A stretch of 64,000 nucleotides of DNA from Camelus dromedarius. Taxonomy: Eukaryota. The notes below the pieces were generated by a model that ran no database searches, was not told the origin of the DNA, and was given only the letters and a program-made list of their open reading frames with translations. A program made the translations under genes and the position numbers. The stretch covers positions 120,902,001 to 120,966,000 of the forward strand of contig NC_087437.1 in assembly GCF_036321535.1 (NCBI RefSeq), in the 5' to 3' direction. Positions 33,301 through 55,949 of the stretch are shown piece by piece (positions within the stretch are counted from its first letter, which is position 1; each line of letters starts with the position of its first letter).

Positions 33301-33489
33301 AAGCCCACTATGCCAAGATGGTCCCTCGACGACACTAAGGGAAGTGCCATCTTCCACCTGTGCGTGGGCTATACGCTTTTACAGGCCGATACTCCAACGC
33401 GCCGAAGTAGATGGTGGCGCAGTGCTGGGTTCCAGCCCTGAGGTCGGGCGGCGGAGTAAACCTTTCATGAAAATCAAGTCTCTCCTCTC

Positions 33490-34340
33490 TGTTTCTTCCT
33501 TTTTCTTTTTTGACTTGAGTGTTTGTCTTTTTCTTATTGATCCAAGAACTCTCTATATTAAAGGTATTAACTCGTACCTCATCCTCCCATGTCACGAATG
33601 CTGATTTTAATGTTTCCGTACATCTTTGCCCACAAATATCTTGCCTTTGTCGCACCTGTCATGGTTTTCCCTTTCCTGCCATACTTAAAAATTTCCTCTC
33701 CACCCCAAGATGATACTAGCCTTCATCTTTATTTTAGCATCTTACTTCACTTTTTAACTTCTGTCTTCAGTCTAGTCAGAATATTTTTTGGTGTTCGTCA
33801 TGACTTTTGTGCTGATTAGCTGCTCTGAGACCATTTATTGACGGAGCCATCTTCTCCTCCCTGCATCCCACGTGACGTCTTCGTCACGTGAGCATCCTCA
33901 GACGTGTCTGGGTCTCGCTCCGGAGGTCTGCGTCTCTCTGCACCAGCCCTCCTGCCCTCCTCACTGTAGTTTTGTAATACGTGAGCTATCTGGGGCAGCA
34001 CCATCCTCTTCAAAAATGTCTCCTCTCTTGTTCATTCATCTTCCAAAAGAACATTAGATGCAAGTTCTAAAACCTCTTTAGTAATGGGATTGGAACTGCA
34101 TTAGTTTTAGGAAGCACTGCCTTTTAAAAATGGAATTAAGAAAATAAATCATGGCGTACCTTTCTGTTTCTTTTTAAAAATTATATACGCCAATTATACT
34201 TTAATAAACAGATACAAACAAATAAGTAAATAAATAATAAAAATAAAGTAAATCAAATGAAACGTGGGCACTGCAGGCTTCTTCCTATCTTTATTTCTAA
34301 TTATCTGATATTTTGATTGGTATTGTGAATATTTTCCATT
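33490..34340 (-). mobile_element. Highly diverged antisense L1 fragments
   Basis: T-rich tract with L1-like pieces (gatgggattggaactgcatt; ttttgattggtattgtgaat); boundaries approximate. Confidence 0.45.
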
Positions 34341-34539
34341 ATATCCTATTTCTTCTTTTTAATGCACAAATTAACACAGGCACGTTATTAAAATTCAAAG
34401 CACATTCGAGTGTACAGATTAAACAGGGAACCCCCATCTCACCATCTCTCTGCTGCCCCAGGGCTCACATCTGTTGTCTTCTTCCAGGTGGAGAGGTTTT
34501 CTTTTTCTTTCTGGGGAAAAAAAAAAGATATGTCATGCA

Positions 34540-36980
34540 AACGCTGATCTAAAGAAAGCTGGCATGGCTACATTCATATCAGATAAAGTTGACATCAAAA
34601 CAAAGAAAATGACCAGAGCTTTGACAACTGACCCTTTATCATCATATGATAAAACAGTCAACCCACCAAAAAGACATACAAGCCTAGATGTGTAAATGCA
34701 ACGAACAACAGAGCAGCAAAACATGTGAAGCAAAACTAATAGAACCTGAAGGAGAAAGAGACGACATCCCGCTCTCAGCCCACGATGGAGCAACTGGACA
34801 GAGAGAAACTCGGCACCACCATCGGCCAGCAGGATCTAACCGCATTTATAGAAACCTTCACCCCAGACAGCAGGACACACATTCTTTTCAAGTGTCCACA
34901 GAAATACATCGAGCTAGCCCACCTCCCAGGCCATGGAGCAAGCCTCAACAGAGGTGGAAGAATTGGAACCATACAACGTGTGTTCTCCGATCACGTGGAG
35001 TCAAACTAGAAATTAATCCAGAGATAACAGAGAAGTCTCCAAACACTTGGAAACTAAACATCACACTTAAAATCCATGAATTAAAGAGAAAGTCTCAAAA
35101 AATACATTGAAAAATGAAAACTCAACCTATGAAAGCTTGTGGGATGCAGCTAAGTCAGTGCTGAGAGAGAGAAGCTCATAGCGCAGAACGCGGATATTAG
35201 AAAAGAGGTTGGCACCCTATGCCCGCACCTCAAGGACTGCGAAGAAAAGCGAAATAAAGCCAGAGCAGGAGCGAAAGACAGGGAAGGTAAGCAGGAAAAA
35301 GAGAGTTGAAAATAGAAAAACAACGGGGAAAACCAATGAAACAAAGAGCTGGTTCTTTGAGAAAAAAATTTAAAAATCAGTAAACTCTATCTAGTATGAG
35401 AGACCAAAAAAAGAGAGAGAGAAGACACAAATTATTAATACCAAAACAGACACAGGAGATGTCACTATCGACATCAAAAGGGAAATGAGGGAATAGTATG
35501 AACAACTCTACACTCATAAATGTGACAACTTTGATGAAATGAACAATTCCTAAAAAAATACTAACTGCCACAACTAACCTGATATAGAGTAAATAATTAG
35601 AATAGCCTGTAACTATTAAGGAAATTGAGTTTTTAACTTAAAAACTGCCCTCCCCTGGCCCCCCAAAAATCTCCAGGGCCAGAAGGTTTCACTGAGGTTT
35701 CTACCAAATGTTTTAAAAAGAAATAAAACTAATTCTACACAACCTCTTCCAGCAAATAAAAGAAGATGGAATACGCCCTGATTCACTGTATGAAGTTAAT
35801 AGCACTGTGATACCAAAACCAGACGTACAGTCAGAAAAGAAACCTATAGGGGTAATAGACAAATGCATAATACAATTGGAGATTTCAACATCCCTCTCAT
35901 GAATATAAATGCAAAAACCCTTAACAAAATATTAGAAAATCAGATTCAACAATGTATATCGTGACCAAGAGGAATTTATTCCAGGGATGCAAGGCTGGCT
36001 CAATATTTAAAAAAAAATCAATCCATGTAATCTGCCATATTAACAGGTTAATGAAGAAAAATCATGTGATCATATCAATCAATGTCAAAAAAGCATTCAA
36101 TAAAGTTCAGTACCCATTCATGATAAAAACTCTCATGAACGTAGGCATAGAGAGAACTTCTTAAATGAAGAGCATCTACCAAAAGCCTACAGCTTTCCCT
36201 CTAAGATCAGGAACAAGGCAAGGACATTCACTTCCATCATTTTTGTTCAGCATAGTGCTGGGCGTTCTAGCCTGTGCAATAAGGCAAGAAAAGGGAATAA
36301 AAGGCATACGGATTGGGAAGGAAGAAGTCAAACTGTTCCCATTTACAGGTGATGTGATTGTAGAGAATCTCGGATTCTGTAACAAAACAAAACAAAGTGA
36401 AAACACCCCTAGAACAAATAAAATGAATTCAGCAAGGTTGTGGGACATATGATGTACGTGTGAAAAGTTATCTGTAATTCTAAGTACTAACGATGAGTAT
36501 GTGGACACCAAAATTAAAGTTAAAAAGCACAAAACTTCTTACACCTGCTCAGAAAAACTAAACACTTAAGTGTGGGTCTAACAAAACGTATGTAGGACTT
36601 GTGTGCTGAAACTACAAAACACTGATGAAAGAAATCACTGAAGTTCTGAGTAAGTGGAGGAACATGCAAACATGGCTTGGAAGACTTGGCATAATAAAGA
36701 TGCCAATTTCCCCCAAATGGTCATTTCTATCCACATCCTAGCAAGAATTCCTGTAGATAGAGACAAGATTATTCTGAAATTTATATGGAAAAATCAAAGG
36801 AGCTAGAATAGTTAAAACAATTTTGAAAAAAGAATAAAATGGGAGAAACTGGTCTACTGGGTTTCAAGATTTATTATTTAGTTACAGTAGTTAAGTGAGG
36901 TGGATGGATGGACAGACAGAGATTAATGGAACGGAATAGAGAACCCACAAATAGATCACAGAAATATACCCAATTGATTG
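34540..36980 (+). mobile_element. Degenerate L1 ORF2 (endonuclease through RT), with frameshifts
   Basis: Peptide remnants [58 protein letters not shown] and [11 protein letters not shown]...[31 protein letters not shown]. Confidence 0.9.
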
Positions 36981-36989
36981 TTTTCACTA

Positions 36990-37720
36990 ATTAATTTAAA
37001 TTGTGGTAAAATACACACAACATAAAAATGATCATTTTAACCATTTGGAAGTTTAAATTTCAGGAGTAATTAGTGCATCACAATGTTGTACATCCATCAC
37101 CACTGTCTATTTTTAGAACTTTTTCAGCACTCCAAAAGGAAACCCCATACTCATTAAGTATGCATGCCCCCATCCCCTTCCCCCACGTCCCAGAAATCTG
37201 CCTTCTGTCTCTAAGGCTCTGCCTACTGTGGGTGCTTCACATAAATAAAATCACACACTGAAGGCCTTTTTCGTCTGGCTTACTTCACTTGGTGTAGCGT
37301 TTTCCGGGCTCATGCACGTTGTTGCATGATGGACCTCACTTCATCCATTCTTCTGTCGATGGACATTGGGCTGTTCCCACCCTTTGGCTGTTGTGAATAG
37401 CGCTGCCATAAACATTCATGTACCACTTCTTGTTTGAGTACCTGTCTTCAATTCTTCTGGGTGCACACCTGGGAGTGGAATTGCTGGGTCACACGGGAAC
37501 TGCGCTTACCTCATCGAGGAGACACCAAGCGTTCTCCCAGCATCACTCCCACCACCAGAGTGTGAGGGTCCCCGCTTCCCTGCATCTCCTGACGCTGACG
37601 CTGATGCTTGTCATTGCCTGTGTTTTGCTAATAGCCATCCTAGTGGGTGCGAAGTGTTACCTCACTTGCTGATATTTTGCATTTTCCTAATGATTAATGA
37701 TGTTGAGCATCTTTTCTTGG
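36990..37720 (-). mobile_element. L1MB-like 3' end fragment (antisense)
   Basis: ttgtggtaaaatacacacaacataaaa...catcaccactgtctatttttagaac...gatggacattgggctgttcccacctttggctgttgtgaatagcgctgcc. Confidence 0.75.
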
Positions 37721-38204
37721 GGAAACTGCGGTCTGGAGAGGGTCACACACCCAGCTGGAGGACAAGAGGGTGCTAAAGTCCTGGTAGAGAGTCACTGAGA
37801 GACACCCGCTCCGAGCCCCACCCCCGGGAGGTCCTCAGGGGCAGGCCCAGAGCCTCTCCTGCCCTGCTCCTCCAGCTGAGGCCTGGGCTGGCGTTCCGAG
37901 GCCCCCCGAGGTCATGCCGGCTCAGGACTCCTGACCCCTGGGAACCCAGCCCCTTCAGGGGAGCCACACAGACTGAAGCAAAAGTGTCCACGCTTCCTTG
38001 AGGGGTCAGGAGCCAGCAGCCAAGGGGCAGGGCCCCTCCAGCCCTCACCCTGACACTGTGGCCTCGCCCCCCCCCCCCCCCGGAGCACTTCCCACAGAAA
38101 GCACTTCCTCCTCCTTCTAAGCTGGTGATGCCTGCCACGACCTGGGCACCGAGGGGTGTCCTGAGTGCTGAGATCTTGGACCTGGGCACCATTCATCCAA
38201 GGCC

Positions 38205-38350
38205 ATTTTCTAGCTTTGTGACTTTGGTCAAGCTCCTTAATCTCTCTGTGCCTTAGTCTCCCCATCTGTAGGTTGGGGGTGATAGTAATGCTGACCCAAC
38301 AGGGCAGTTCTGAGATTAAGTGAGTGCAGTTGCCAAGTACTCAGAACAGG
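38205..38350. mobile_element. MIR
   Basis: tagctttgtgactttggtcaagctccttaatctctctgtgccttagtctccccatctgta...gagattaagtgag. Confidence 0.65.
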
Positions 38351-38559
38351 GCCCGGTGCGTGGTGGGGTCTGGTATGTAAAACCACCACGCGGCAGGAAG
38401 AGCTACTGGCAGGCGAGGACAGAGGCTCTGAGATGGCACTGCCAAGGGGCAGGCAAGTTGCTGCCCCGGTGCCTAGAGGAGCAGTTCAGGCTCAAGCCCC
38501 CCGAGGCAGTGACCTGGCTGGAGGCAGCACTGGCCCTCACCCTGGCCGCTGTGATCGCG

Positions 38560-38700
38560 GGCCACCTCCACACATCCCCCGCTCCAGGTCGCCTGCAGGT
38601 AAGGGCTGCCTGGAAACCCCCGGGGTGATGGAAAGTCCGGAACTCTACAGGAGCCTGTTTGCTAATCTCCAAGAAAGAGGCTGAGTGATGTCCACAGCGG
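38560..38700. promoter_or_regulatory. AIRE upstream enhancer (CNS1/ACNS1-like) with tandem NF-kB sites
   Basis: TGGAAACCCC (38611-38620) and TGGAAAGTCC (38629-38638) sit in non-repetitive DNA about 1.9 kb upstream of the AIRE ATG. A two-kB-site conserved element upstream of Aire is established in mouse and human. Confidence 0.65.
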
Positions 38701-40149
38701 CCAGGCCTGCCTGACGACCTGGGGAATCCTGTGAGGGGATGAGGCTTTAGGAAAGTGAAGTGCAGACTTCCATTTTCTCAGCAGTTTTCACTTCCCTTGA
38801 GCAGTTGGCTTGTGGCTAAGGTGTCCCTCTCCCGCCCCCGATGACCACTCAGCCCCCAGGGAGAAAATGCACCGGGTGCAGGGTGACGCTGGGTGATGCC
38901 AAAGGACCCAGGGGCTCTGGGCAGGCCACCTCCGAGGCCAGAAGCATGGCTCCCTGGTCCCCTGGGAGCCTCTGTGTGAATCTGGGGACCAGCTGGCCCA
39001 GCGGGTGTCATTAGTGGTGACAGGAAGTGACCAGGAGACCGGGAGCCCAGAGAACTCAGGAATCCCACCGGCGCTGAGTGTAGGGCTGACTTCGGTTCAC
39101 GCTTTCACGTTTTAACAGTAGATACACATGCAGGAGAGAACAGGGAAGGCGGGTTGCAGCTGCTGGGCCCTGGGCGGGGAGAGGACACACGTCTCAGCTG
39201 TGAAGGCCCCCTCCTCCTGATGCGGGAGCCCTGCCTTGGTTTCCCCATCTCCAGGCCTGGGCCACTGACGGTTCAGTGCTGAGCACTGGGACTGTGGGGA
39301 GCAAGCCTGCGGTGGGGGGTGGGAGGCGGAGACATGAGGTCCATTGGCCCCCACCCGGTGGAGGGGGCACTGGCGAGGGCTGTGGGGGTTGTTATCTCAG
39401 GGACCAGGACCTGAGTGTGGAGCTCTCTGGCAACTCAGGGTCAGAACAGGCTGGTTCTCTGGTAGAATGTTCTGGGGACTGACACAGGAGCAGGGCCCTG
39501 GCACAGCCCACCTCTGGGGCGCCGGCTGCAGTGTTGAGGGTGGCAGCTGTGGACATGTGGGACTTGGGGACCATTCCTGCCTGTCCTGCCTGCACGTTCC
39601 ACAGACACGCGGGGGGGCCTCCCTGGGCTGTGAGCCAGACAAAGACAGGCTCCCACAGCGCATACTCAGGCCTGTCTGCCCACGGGGTCAGCCGCCTTCT
39701 AGAAGCTTTATTTTCTAAAACATCTGGAGGAAGTCGGGGGTGGGCTGCTGCTGGGGACTCCCAGTGGAATGTGCTCATTTTAAAAATGAGAGGACTGAGG
39801 CTCAGAGAAGGAAAGCAACTGCCCGGCATCACCCAGCCTCCAAGTGATGCCCAGAGCTGATCGCGCTGACGCGCGCTAGTCCTAGCCCAGGTCCTCCACC
39901 AGGCAGGCACCCCTCCACCTGACCCCGCCGACAGCCCCCGTCTTGGGACCCCTGAGCAGCTGCTGTGGCGGCAGTAGTGTCCCGGCCTCTCGGAGCTGCC
40001 CCTCTGGCGCCTGAGGCCGGGCCCCGGGTGAGGTGAGGGGTGCCTGTCCTGGCTTTTCCCCATTTGAACAAGGCCCTGTGGGATGCGAGCCAGAACCGCA
40101 TGTACGGAATTGAGTCGGGTCAGGCCCCATTCCAGAAGCTTCTTTACCA

Positions 40150-50003
<9,854 letters not shown>

Positions 50004-50228
50004 TCAGGGACTCCCGGCCTGCAGGCAGCATGGGAGGGGGAGGCGAAGCCCCAGAGCAGACCTCACCCTCACAGAGGCAGCGACTCTGCTCTGAAAGGGA
50101 CAGAAGGGGACATGCTCCCTCACCTCTGGCAGCTGCCGGGTTAGGACTAGGAACTGAGTTCAAGTGCTGTTAACTCTCAGCTTGTCAACAGCCCTGTCTT
50201 GGCAGCACAAAGCCACAGTGTGCACTGA

Positions 50229-50234
50229 AATAAA
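50229..50234 (+). terminator. AIRE polyadenylation signal
   Basis: AATAAA about 225 nt after the stop, followed by a GU-rich downstream tract (gtgtgtttgttct). Confidence 0.8.
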
Positions 50235-52374
50235 AGTCACTTCTGTGTGCTCTCCAGTGGGGTGTGTTTGTTCTGGGGGGTCAGTGCCCCTGTGTTTCTG
50301 GTCCCTGTCGTGTAGGCTGAGCTAGCCGTAACGAGAAGAGAATGCCAAGCAGGAACCCCTGTGCCCCAGCCTCTGCCCCAGCACAGCCCTGGCTCCATGT
50401 GGTCCGGCCCCGCCCACCTCTGCCACCCACCACGTGCTCCCACCTCCTCTGTTCCTCAAACGGCCAAGCCCATCCACACCTCTGGGCCTTTGCACAGGCT
50501 GTTCCCTCTGCTCAGAGTTCCCTACACCCTGTGCTTCGCACATCTATTTTTTCATCCGTGAGATCTCAGTTCCAGTGTCACCTGCTCAGTCATTTATTCA
50601 GGAAACCTTTACTGTGGCTCTTCTAAGTGCTGAGCCTTGGGGTCCCAGAGGGACATTCCAGTGACAGATCACTCACCAGGGGAGGGTGTCCACAGACAGA
50701 AACAGGAAACAGGACGGGGTCAGGTGACAGGGGCATGGAGGGCTGGGTCGCCGTGGACGGCCCTGTGCTTATCCTTCTCTGCCCGCCACAGGAGACAGCC
50801 CATCAGAACTGAGTTCTTTCCTCACAGTGTCTGTCCCCCTGAGAACGGCCACCAGGGGGCCCAGCGCCCTATCCAGTCCTTGGCTGAGCTCCCAGGACCT
50901 GGCCCGGCTGCTGGGTCAGTGTTGGTGGAGAGATGGCTGGGCTGTTGTAGCCCCCCACCTGCAGGGACCCCATGGTAGAACACCCTGCCAGGTGGGGTCA
51001 GAGCCCTGGGGAGGGTGGGGAGTGGCCGCTGGCCCCGCTGTGTGGGGGCCCCAGCTCGGGACTCAGAGCCCTCAGGTTCCCAGGCTTTACCGGCTCATTC
51101 AGCCCCTCTGGAGACCCTCTGTGCTCAGCACATGTGAGGCAGCCCCTTGGGAGGGGCTGACCAACGCCCTCCGGTGGGGCGTAAGTGCCTCAGGCCACCA
51201 GGTCTAGCATTTGTTCAAACAGGGACCCACTGATGAGGACACGCCTGTCACATGAGCGAGCAGGCAGCTCTCCCATGCCCAGCTGGGCCAGGCGGGCAGC
51301 AGGGGGACAGATGGCAGTGGACAGCAGTGCCAGGAGGGACGCAGCAAGCATGGATGTGTGCGGAGCGGCCCAGATTGGCGGCTGGATCGTGTCTGTGGAT
51401 AAGGAGGGATCCAGAGTGGGGGAGACCAGAGACAAGAATTGGGAAGGAGCACCCCAAGCTGGGTCCGCTGGGGCAGGGTGGGGGGTGATGGAGCAGGAGT
51501 CAGGGGACGGATGCCCGCTGACTCACAGCTGGGAGCCGCCTCTTCCCCACGGATCCTGGCTGCTGTCTCAGCCCCGGCCCCCCCCATAGGATGACGCAGG
51601 ACTGGATGAAGTTTGCAGAAGCCGGTGGGGGCAACGTGGTGGTGGTGGGGCAACGTGGTGGAGGGTGACACAGTGGGGGTGACACGGGGGTGACCTAAGG
51701 GGTGACATAGTGGCAGTGACATGGTGAGGACCATGGCAGTGATGGGAGATTTGTTGGGGAGCTGGCCCAGGTGAACTCAGATGTCACAGACACCCTGCCC
51801 ATCATTGTCCAGGGCCTCCTCTCAGCCACTGCAGCCTTGGCACCACTGGGTCTTGCCTTGGGTTCCCGGGGGTCTGGAGACCATCAGAACCCCTCTACAG
51901 ACAGGCCCACGGAGGCCCTCCCCTGGGGCTAGGAGCTCCCACTGGTGACCCAGTGGCTTCCAGTACACCCCGTGTCACTCCTCACATTCAGGAAATGTCA
52001 CTCAGGAGCAGTCCTGAGTCCCGTCCGTGGTCTGTGGTGTGCATGGAGGGATGGAGGAGGCTGGGGAGGAGCCGTGTGCCTGCATCCTCGGTCCTTCACT
52101 ACCTGCCGCAGCCTGAGCTCGTAGGCACTGAGTTCATCCCGTGCTCTAAGCACAGTGGGTGATGGACCTGCTGTCCTGCAGCCCCTGGGCTTCTCTTTGC
52201 TTCTCGGGAGCTGACCGTCCATCAGCTGCTCCTGTCCGTCTTTCTGTGGGGTTAGAAGTTGGTCTTGCTGGTCCAGCACCAGATCAACGTCTGGCTACGT
52301 AACACCCTGAAGCATTTGTCTGCCCAGCCAGGGGTTACATTTGTACATCCCGTCTGCAAAGCACGCAGAACCCA

Positions 52375-52695
52375 CCGGATTCGTTTCCTGGGCGCTGTGA
52401 CAAAGCGCCACAGATCAGGCGGCTCAAAGGACAGACACATCTTCTCCTAGTCCTGGAGGCTGAAGCCCGAGGCCCAGGTGCCGCAGGGCTGGTTTCTTCG
52501 GAGGCCTCTCTCCTGGGTGTGCAGATGGCCGTCTTCTCCTGTGTCCCCACATGGTCGTCCCTCTGTGCATGTCTGTGTCCTAATCTCTTCTCATAGGGGA
52601 ACCAGTGCTCACCCTAAAAACCCCACTTACCTTAATCACCTCTGTGAGACCTTCTCCAGCTAGGGCTTCAAGTGTGAATCTTGGTGGGGTGGAGA
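52375..52695. mobile_element. MLT1-like LTR
   Basis: gtcctggaggctgaagcccgaggcccaggtgccgcagggctggtttcttcggaggcctctctcctgggtgtgcagatggccgtcttctc...ccttaatcacctctgtgagacc. Confidence 0.7.
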
Positions 52696-52709
52696 CACCG
52701 ACTCTCTCC

Positions 52710-53117
52710 TTGACCACACTCAAGTCAGCCTCCTCTGAGTCTGCCTGACCTTGGCCTCTGCCCTTGGTTTTTAGTCAGTTTTAGCCAAAATCCTGCCAAG
52801 TCAGTTTAGGGGAAACCCCCGGCCTTGGAACCCGCCCACTCTCCGTAGCTGATCAGTTTCTCACCTCCACCTGGCTAGCAGAGCCCCCGGCCCGCCCTCC
52901 AGAGGAGTCCCGGGATCCCCTAGCCTCGGTGTTTGCATTTAGTAGTTTCCATCCACCGGCTCCCTCTTGCTCTTTGGCCATAAATCTCTGCTTTCCCTGT
53001 TGTGGTCAGAATTGAGCCGGACTCCTTGCCCCCGGTGCAAACCTCATCACCGTGGTCCCCCTTGAATAAAGTTCCTTACCACGTCAGCAAGTGTTATGAA
53101 TACCTTTCTCCTGAGCA
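52710..53117 (+). mobile_element. MER31-like ERV1 LTR
   Basis: cagttttagccaaaatcctgccaagtcagtttag ... gccataaatc ... cttgaataaagttccttacc; family name from recall. Confidence 0.55.
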
Positions 53118-53389
53118 GGAACAGGATTTGGCCAACCGATAACACCAACCTCACTCTCTTCATCCACTGGAGGCTGGCAAAGGCCTCACTGACCCGCATG
53201 GACTCTACCATGTATCACCACAATTTAACACCTATCTTGTCACCCTCTGGGCTTGTGTTTATCATTCTTATTGTCTGGAGAACAGCCCAGTCTGTGGGAT
53301 TAGCTCTCAAAATGTTCCTGAGATACTGAGCGTGCAGTGCACTTTCAGAGCCGTACCCCACTAATGCTCCAGCTCCAGCCGGCCTGGGT

Positions 53390-53810
53390 CACCCCTGAAT
53401 CCTTTCCTGCGCGAAGCCAAGGACCCACACTTTGCTGGCCGTGTCCCGGGACTCAGCTGAGGCCTGGGACACTGCCCTCCTCATGCCGCACAGTCTTTCT
53501 CCTGCACCAACCTCGGCACCTGCTGTTCACTTGTGCCCTTTGTAGGTCAGCCGCTTCCCTGCGTTCTGGGAGCCATTCTAGCAAGTTATCGAACCCAAGG
53601 AAGTGTGGGTGACCTGGGGACCTGTCACCTGCAAATGGCCTCTGAAGTGGGGCCAGTCTTGGGGGACCAAGCCCTTAACCTGTGGGATCTCTGCTGACTG
53701 GCCAGGGAATTAGTGTCAGAATTGAATTCAATCACTGGACAACGAGTTGGTGTCAGAGAATTGGTTGGTGTAGGGAAAAACCACACATAGTTGATGTCAG
53801 AAAGCATGAG
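53390..53810 (+). mobile_element. LTR U5 fragment related to the 29.4-kb solo LTR (53390-53509), followed by a MER21-like fragment
   Basis: gaagccaaggaccc...ctgaggcctgggac...ccctcctca...tcctgcacca aligns by eye with 29950-30048; gccattctagcaagttatcgaacccaagg...tgtcagaattgaatt is MER21-like. Confidence 0.6.
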
Positions 53811-54019
53811 ACGTTTTCTGGGCAGAGACGTTGGGCATTTGATCATCTCCTGAGAGCCAGAGGGCATCCTGGGTTTGCTTAGCAGCAGGGAAGACAGACC
53901 AGCCCTCTCCCCACCATATGCCTGCCTAACGCCTGGGACCCGCCCGCACCGCTGCCCTGCTGACCCAGCGTGTTCTCAGGACTCGGGCAGGCATCACCCA
54001 TGCCCTCCCCAGAGGGCCT

Positions 54020-54810
54020 GTGGTGGTTTTAAAACATGTCAACACATTCTTTGATACTCATCTTTCCAAGAGGTGGAGCCTTATTCCTCTCGCCTTGAAC
54101 ATGGGCTGAACTTAGTAACTTGCTTCTGAATAATGTGCTGGAGTGGGAAGGGATAAACCAGGAATTCGAAATTTGCAGCTCTTGGGGAGTGAGGGAAACA
54201 TTCGCTATCTTGATTGTGGTGGTGGTTTCATGGGTGTGGACATCTATCGAAATTCATCAGATTGTACACCTGAAATATGTGGAGTTTACGGTAGAGGAAC
54301 CACACCACAATAAAGAGGTTAAAAACATTCTTAGCAAGAAAAAAAAAGAGGCTAGTATATAATATAAATCCTCCTTTCCAATTTTCAGACTTGTAATTTC
54401 TTCTTCTTCTTTGTGCTGATTAATATCAAGTAAAAATGGCTTTACCAGGAAAAAAAGAATGTGCTGGAAGTGCTGGGCATGACCCCGAGAGTAGGTCATA
54501 AAAAGCACTGTGGCTTCCCTTTGGATAGCTCGCTTTGGGGAAGCCGGCCTCCACGTTGTAAGGACACTCAAGCAGTCTTGTGGCAAGGCCCATGTGGAGA
54601 GGAACTGAGGCCTCCTGCCACCGGCCACCTGAGGGCCACCTAGGAAGCAACTGGTCCAGCCCCAGGGGGCCTTCCGATGATGCAGCCTCCTGAGGTCCAG
54701 AGCCACTCCCACAGCCCTGACCCTCAGAAGCTCTGAGATAATAAATGTCTGTCGTGGTTGCAGGCCTGTAAGTCTTGGGGTACTTGGTCCCACAGCAGCA
54801 GGTACCTGGT
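54020..54810. mobile_element. MLT1-like fragments with an intervening old L1 3' piece
   Basis: caagaggtggagccttattc; ggcccatgtggagaggaactgaggcctcctgcc...ctctgagataataaatgtctgt. Confidence 0.55.
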
Positions 54811-55949
54811 ACTGTCAGCTCCCAGGGAAACGGGCCAGACTGTGGCCTGGAGACCCTGCCACTTCTCCAGGACCTCCGTCCCACGGTGGTGTCTTACCCA
54901 CGCTCTTTATCTGGATGTAGTGCTTGTCGAGTTCTCCCTGAAGTCTCCTTACAAAGAAGAGCGGGCTATGCTCACACTCACCATTTCCTGGACCCTCTCC
55001 GCTCCCCTTACCAGTCCTGCTCCTCCACTATTTATGATTATTTCATGCAGTTTCTTGGAATTTTTAAAAAAAGACAATTAAAAAAATGGCTCCTGTGTTC
55101 TTTATTTATTATTGTCATTGTTTCTGTTGTTATTTGTGACAAGAACACTTAACGTAACGCCTACCCTCTTGGCCAGGTTTTAAGTGTACACGACAGAATC
55201 ATTAAGCAGGCACTGGGCTGGACACTGAGCTCGGGGACGCACTCATTCTGCAGAACTGCCACTCCCCCCCGTTGACTAACACTCCCCCCACTTCCCCGCC
55301 CCCCACAATGGAATATTTTTAGTAAACTTTGTATTAAAGCATAGCATACAAAGAAAACCGCACAAATCACAGGCGATCAGCTCGCTGAATTTTCACAAAG
55401 CAAACACCTGGCTCAGCACTCAGCTCAAGAAACAGAGTGTCACCCCACCCCCAGCCCCCTGCTGGGGCTCCTGGGACCCGCCCACTGCTAGCCCAGGATG
55501 GAGGCCTTTCCTTGGAAACCCCAGTTTGGCTCAAAGGGACTCTCCCGCCAGCAACCAGGCTTCCTGAGGGCTGGGGTCAAGTCTGTTCTGGTGACGGGCT
55601 GGGCCCCCACCCCCCCCACCCCCAGCTAGGGGGCCTGGATCAGGGGAGGGGCTCCAACCCTCCGAGTGACTGATCCGCTGACCATCCGACGTAGAGCCCA
55701 CACTGTCCGGACCCAGGTCCCCACCCACCTCGCTGCCCCGTGTGCACGTTTTCCACGGGTCCAGCAAGTACTTACTGAAGTAATGTATAAATGAATGAAC
55801 GAAGCCTGGCAGGGTTTCCTCTTAATTCCTTTCGCATCTTAATCGTCCACCGCTCTCGGTGGGCCCTCGGTTAAAGCTTGAGGGCGGTGGCTGGGGGGCC
55901 CTGAGTGGGTAGGGCTCCTGTGGCTCCAGCAAAGAACAAAGTTAAAATA

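Noticed and set aside
34540..36980. Active L1 or domesticated reverse transcriptase
   Set aside because: It has multiple frameshifts, stops and deletions, and the FADD motif is degraded to FTGD.
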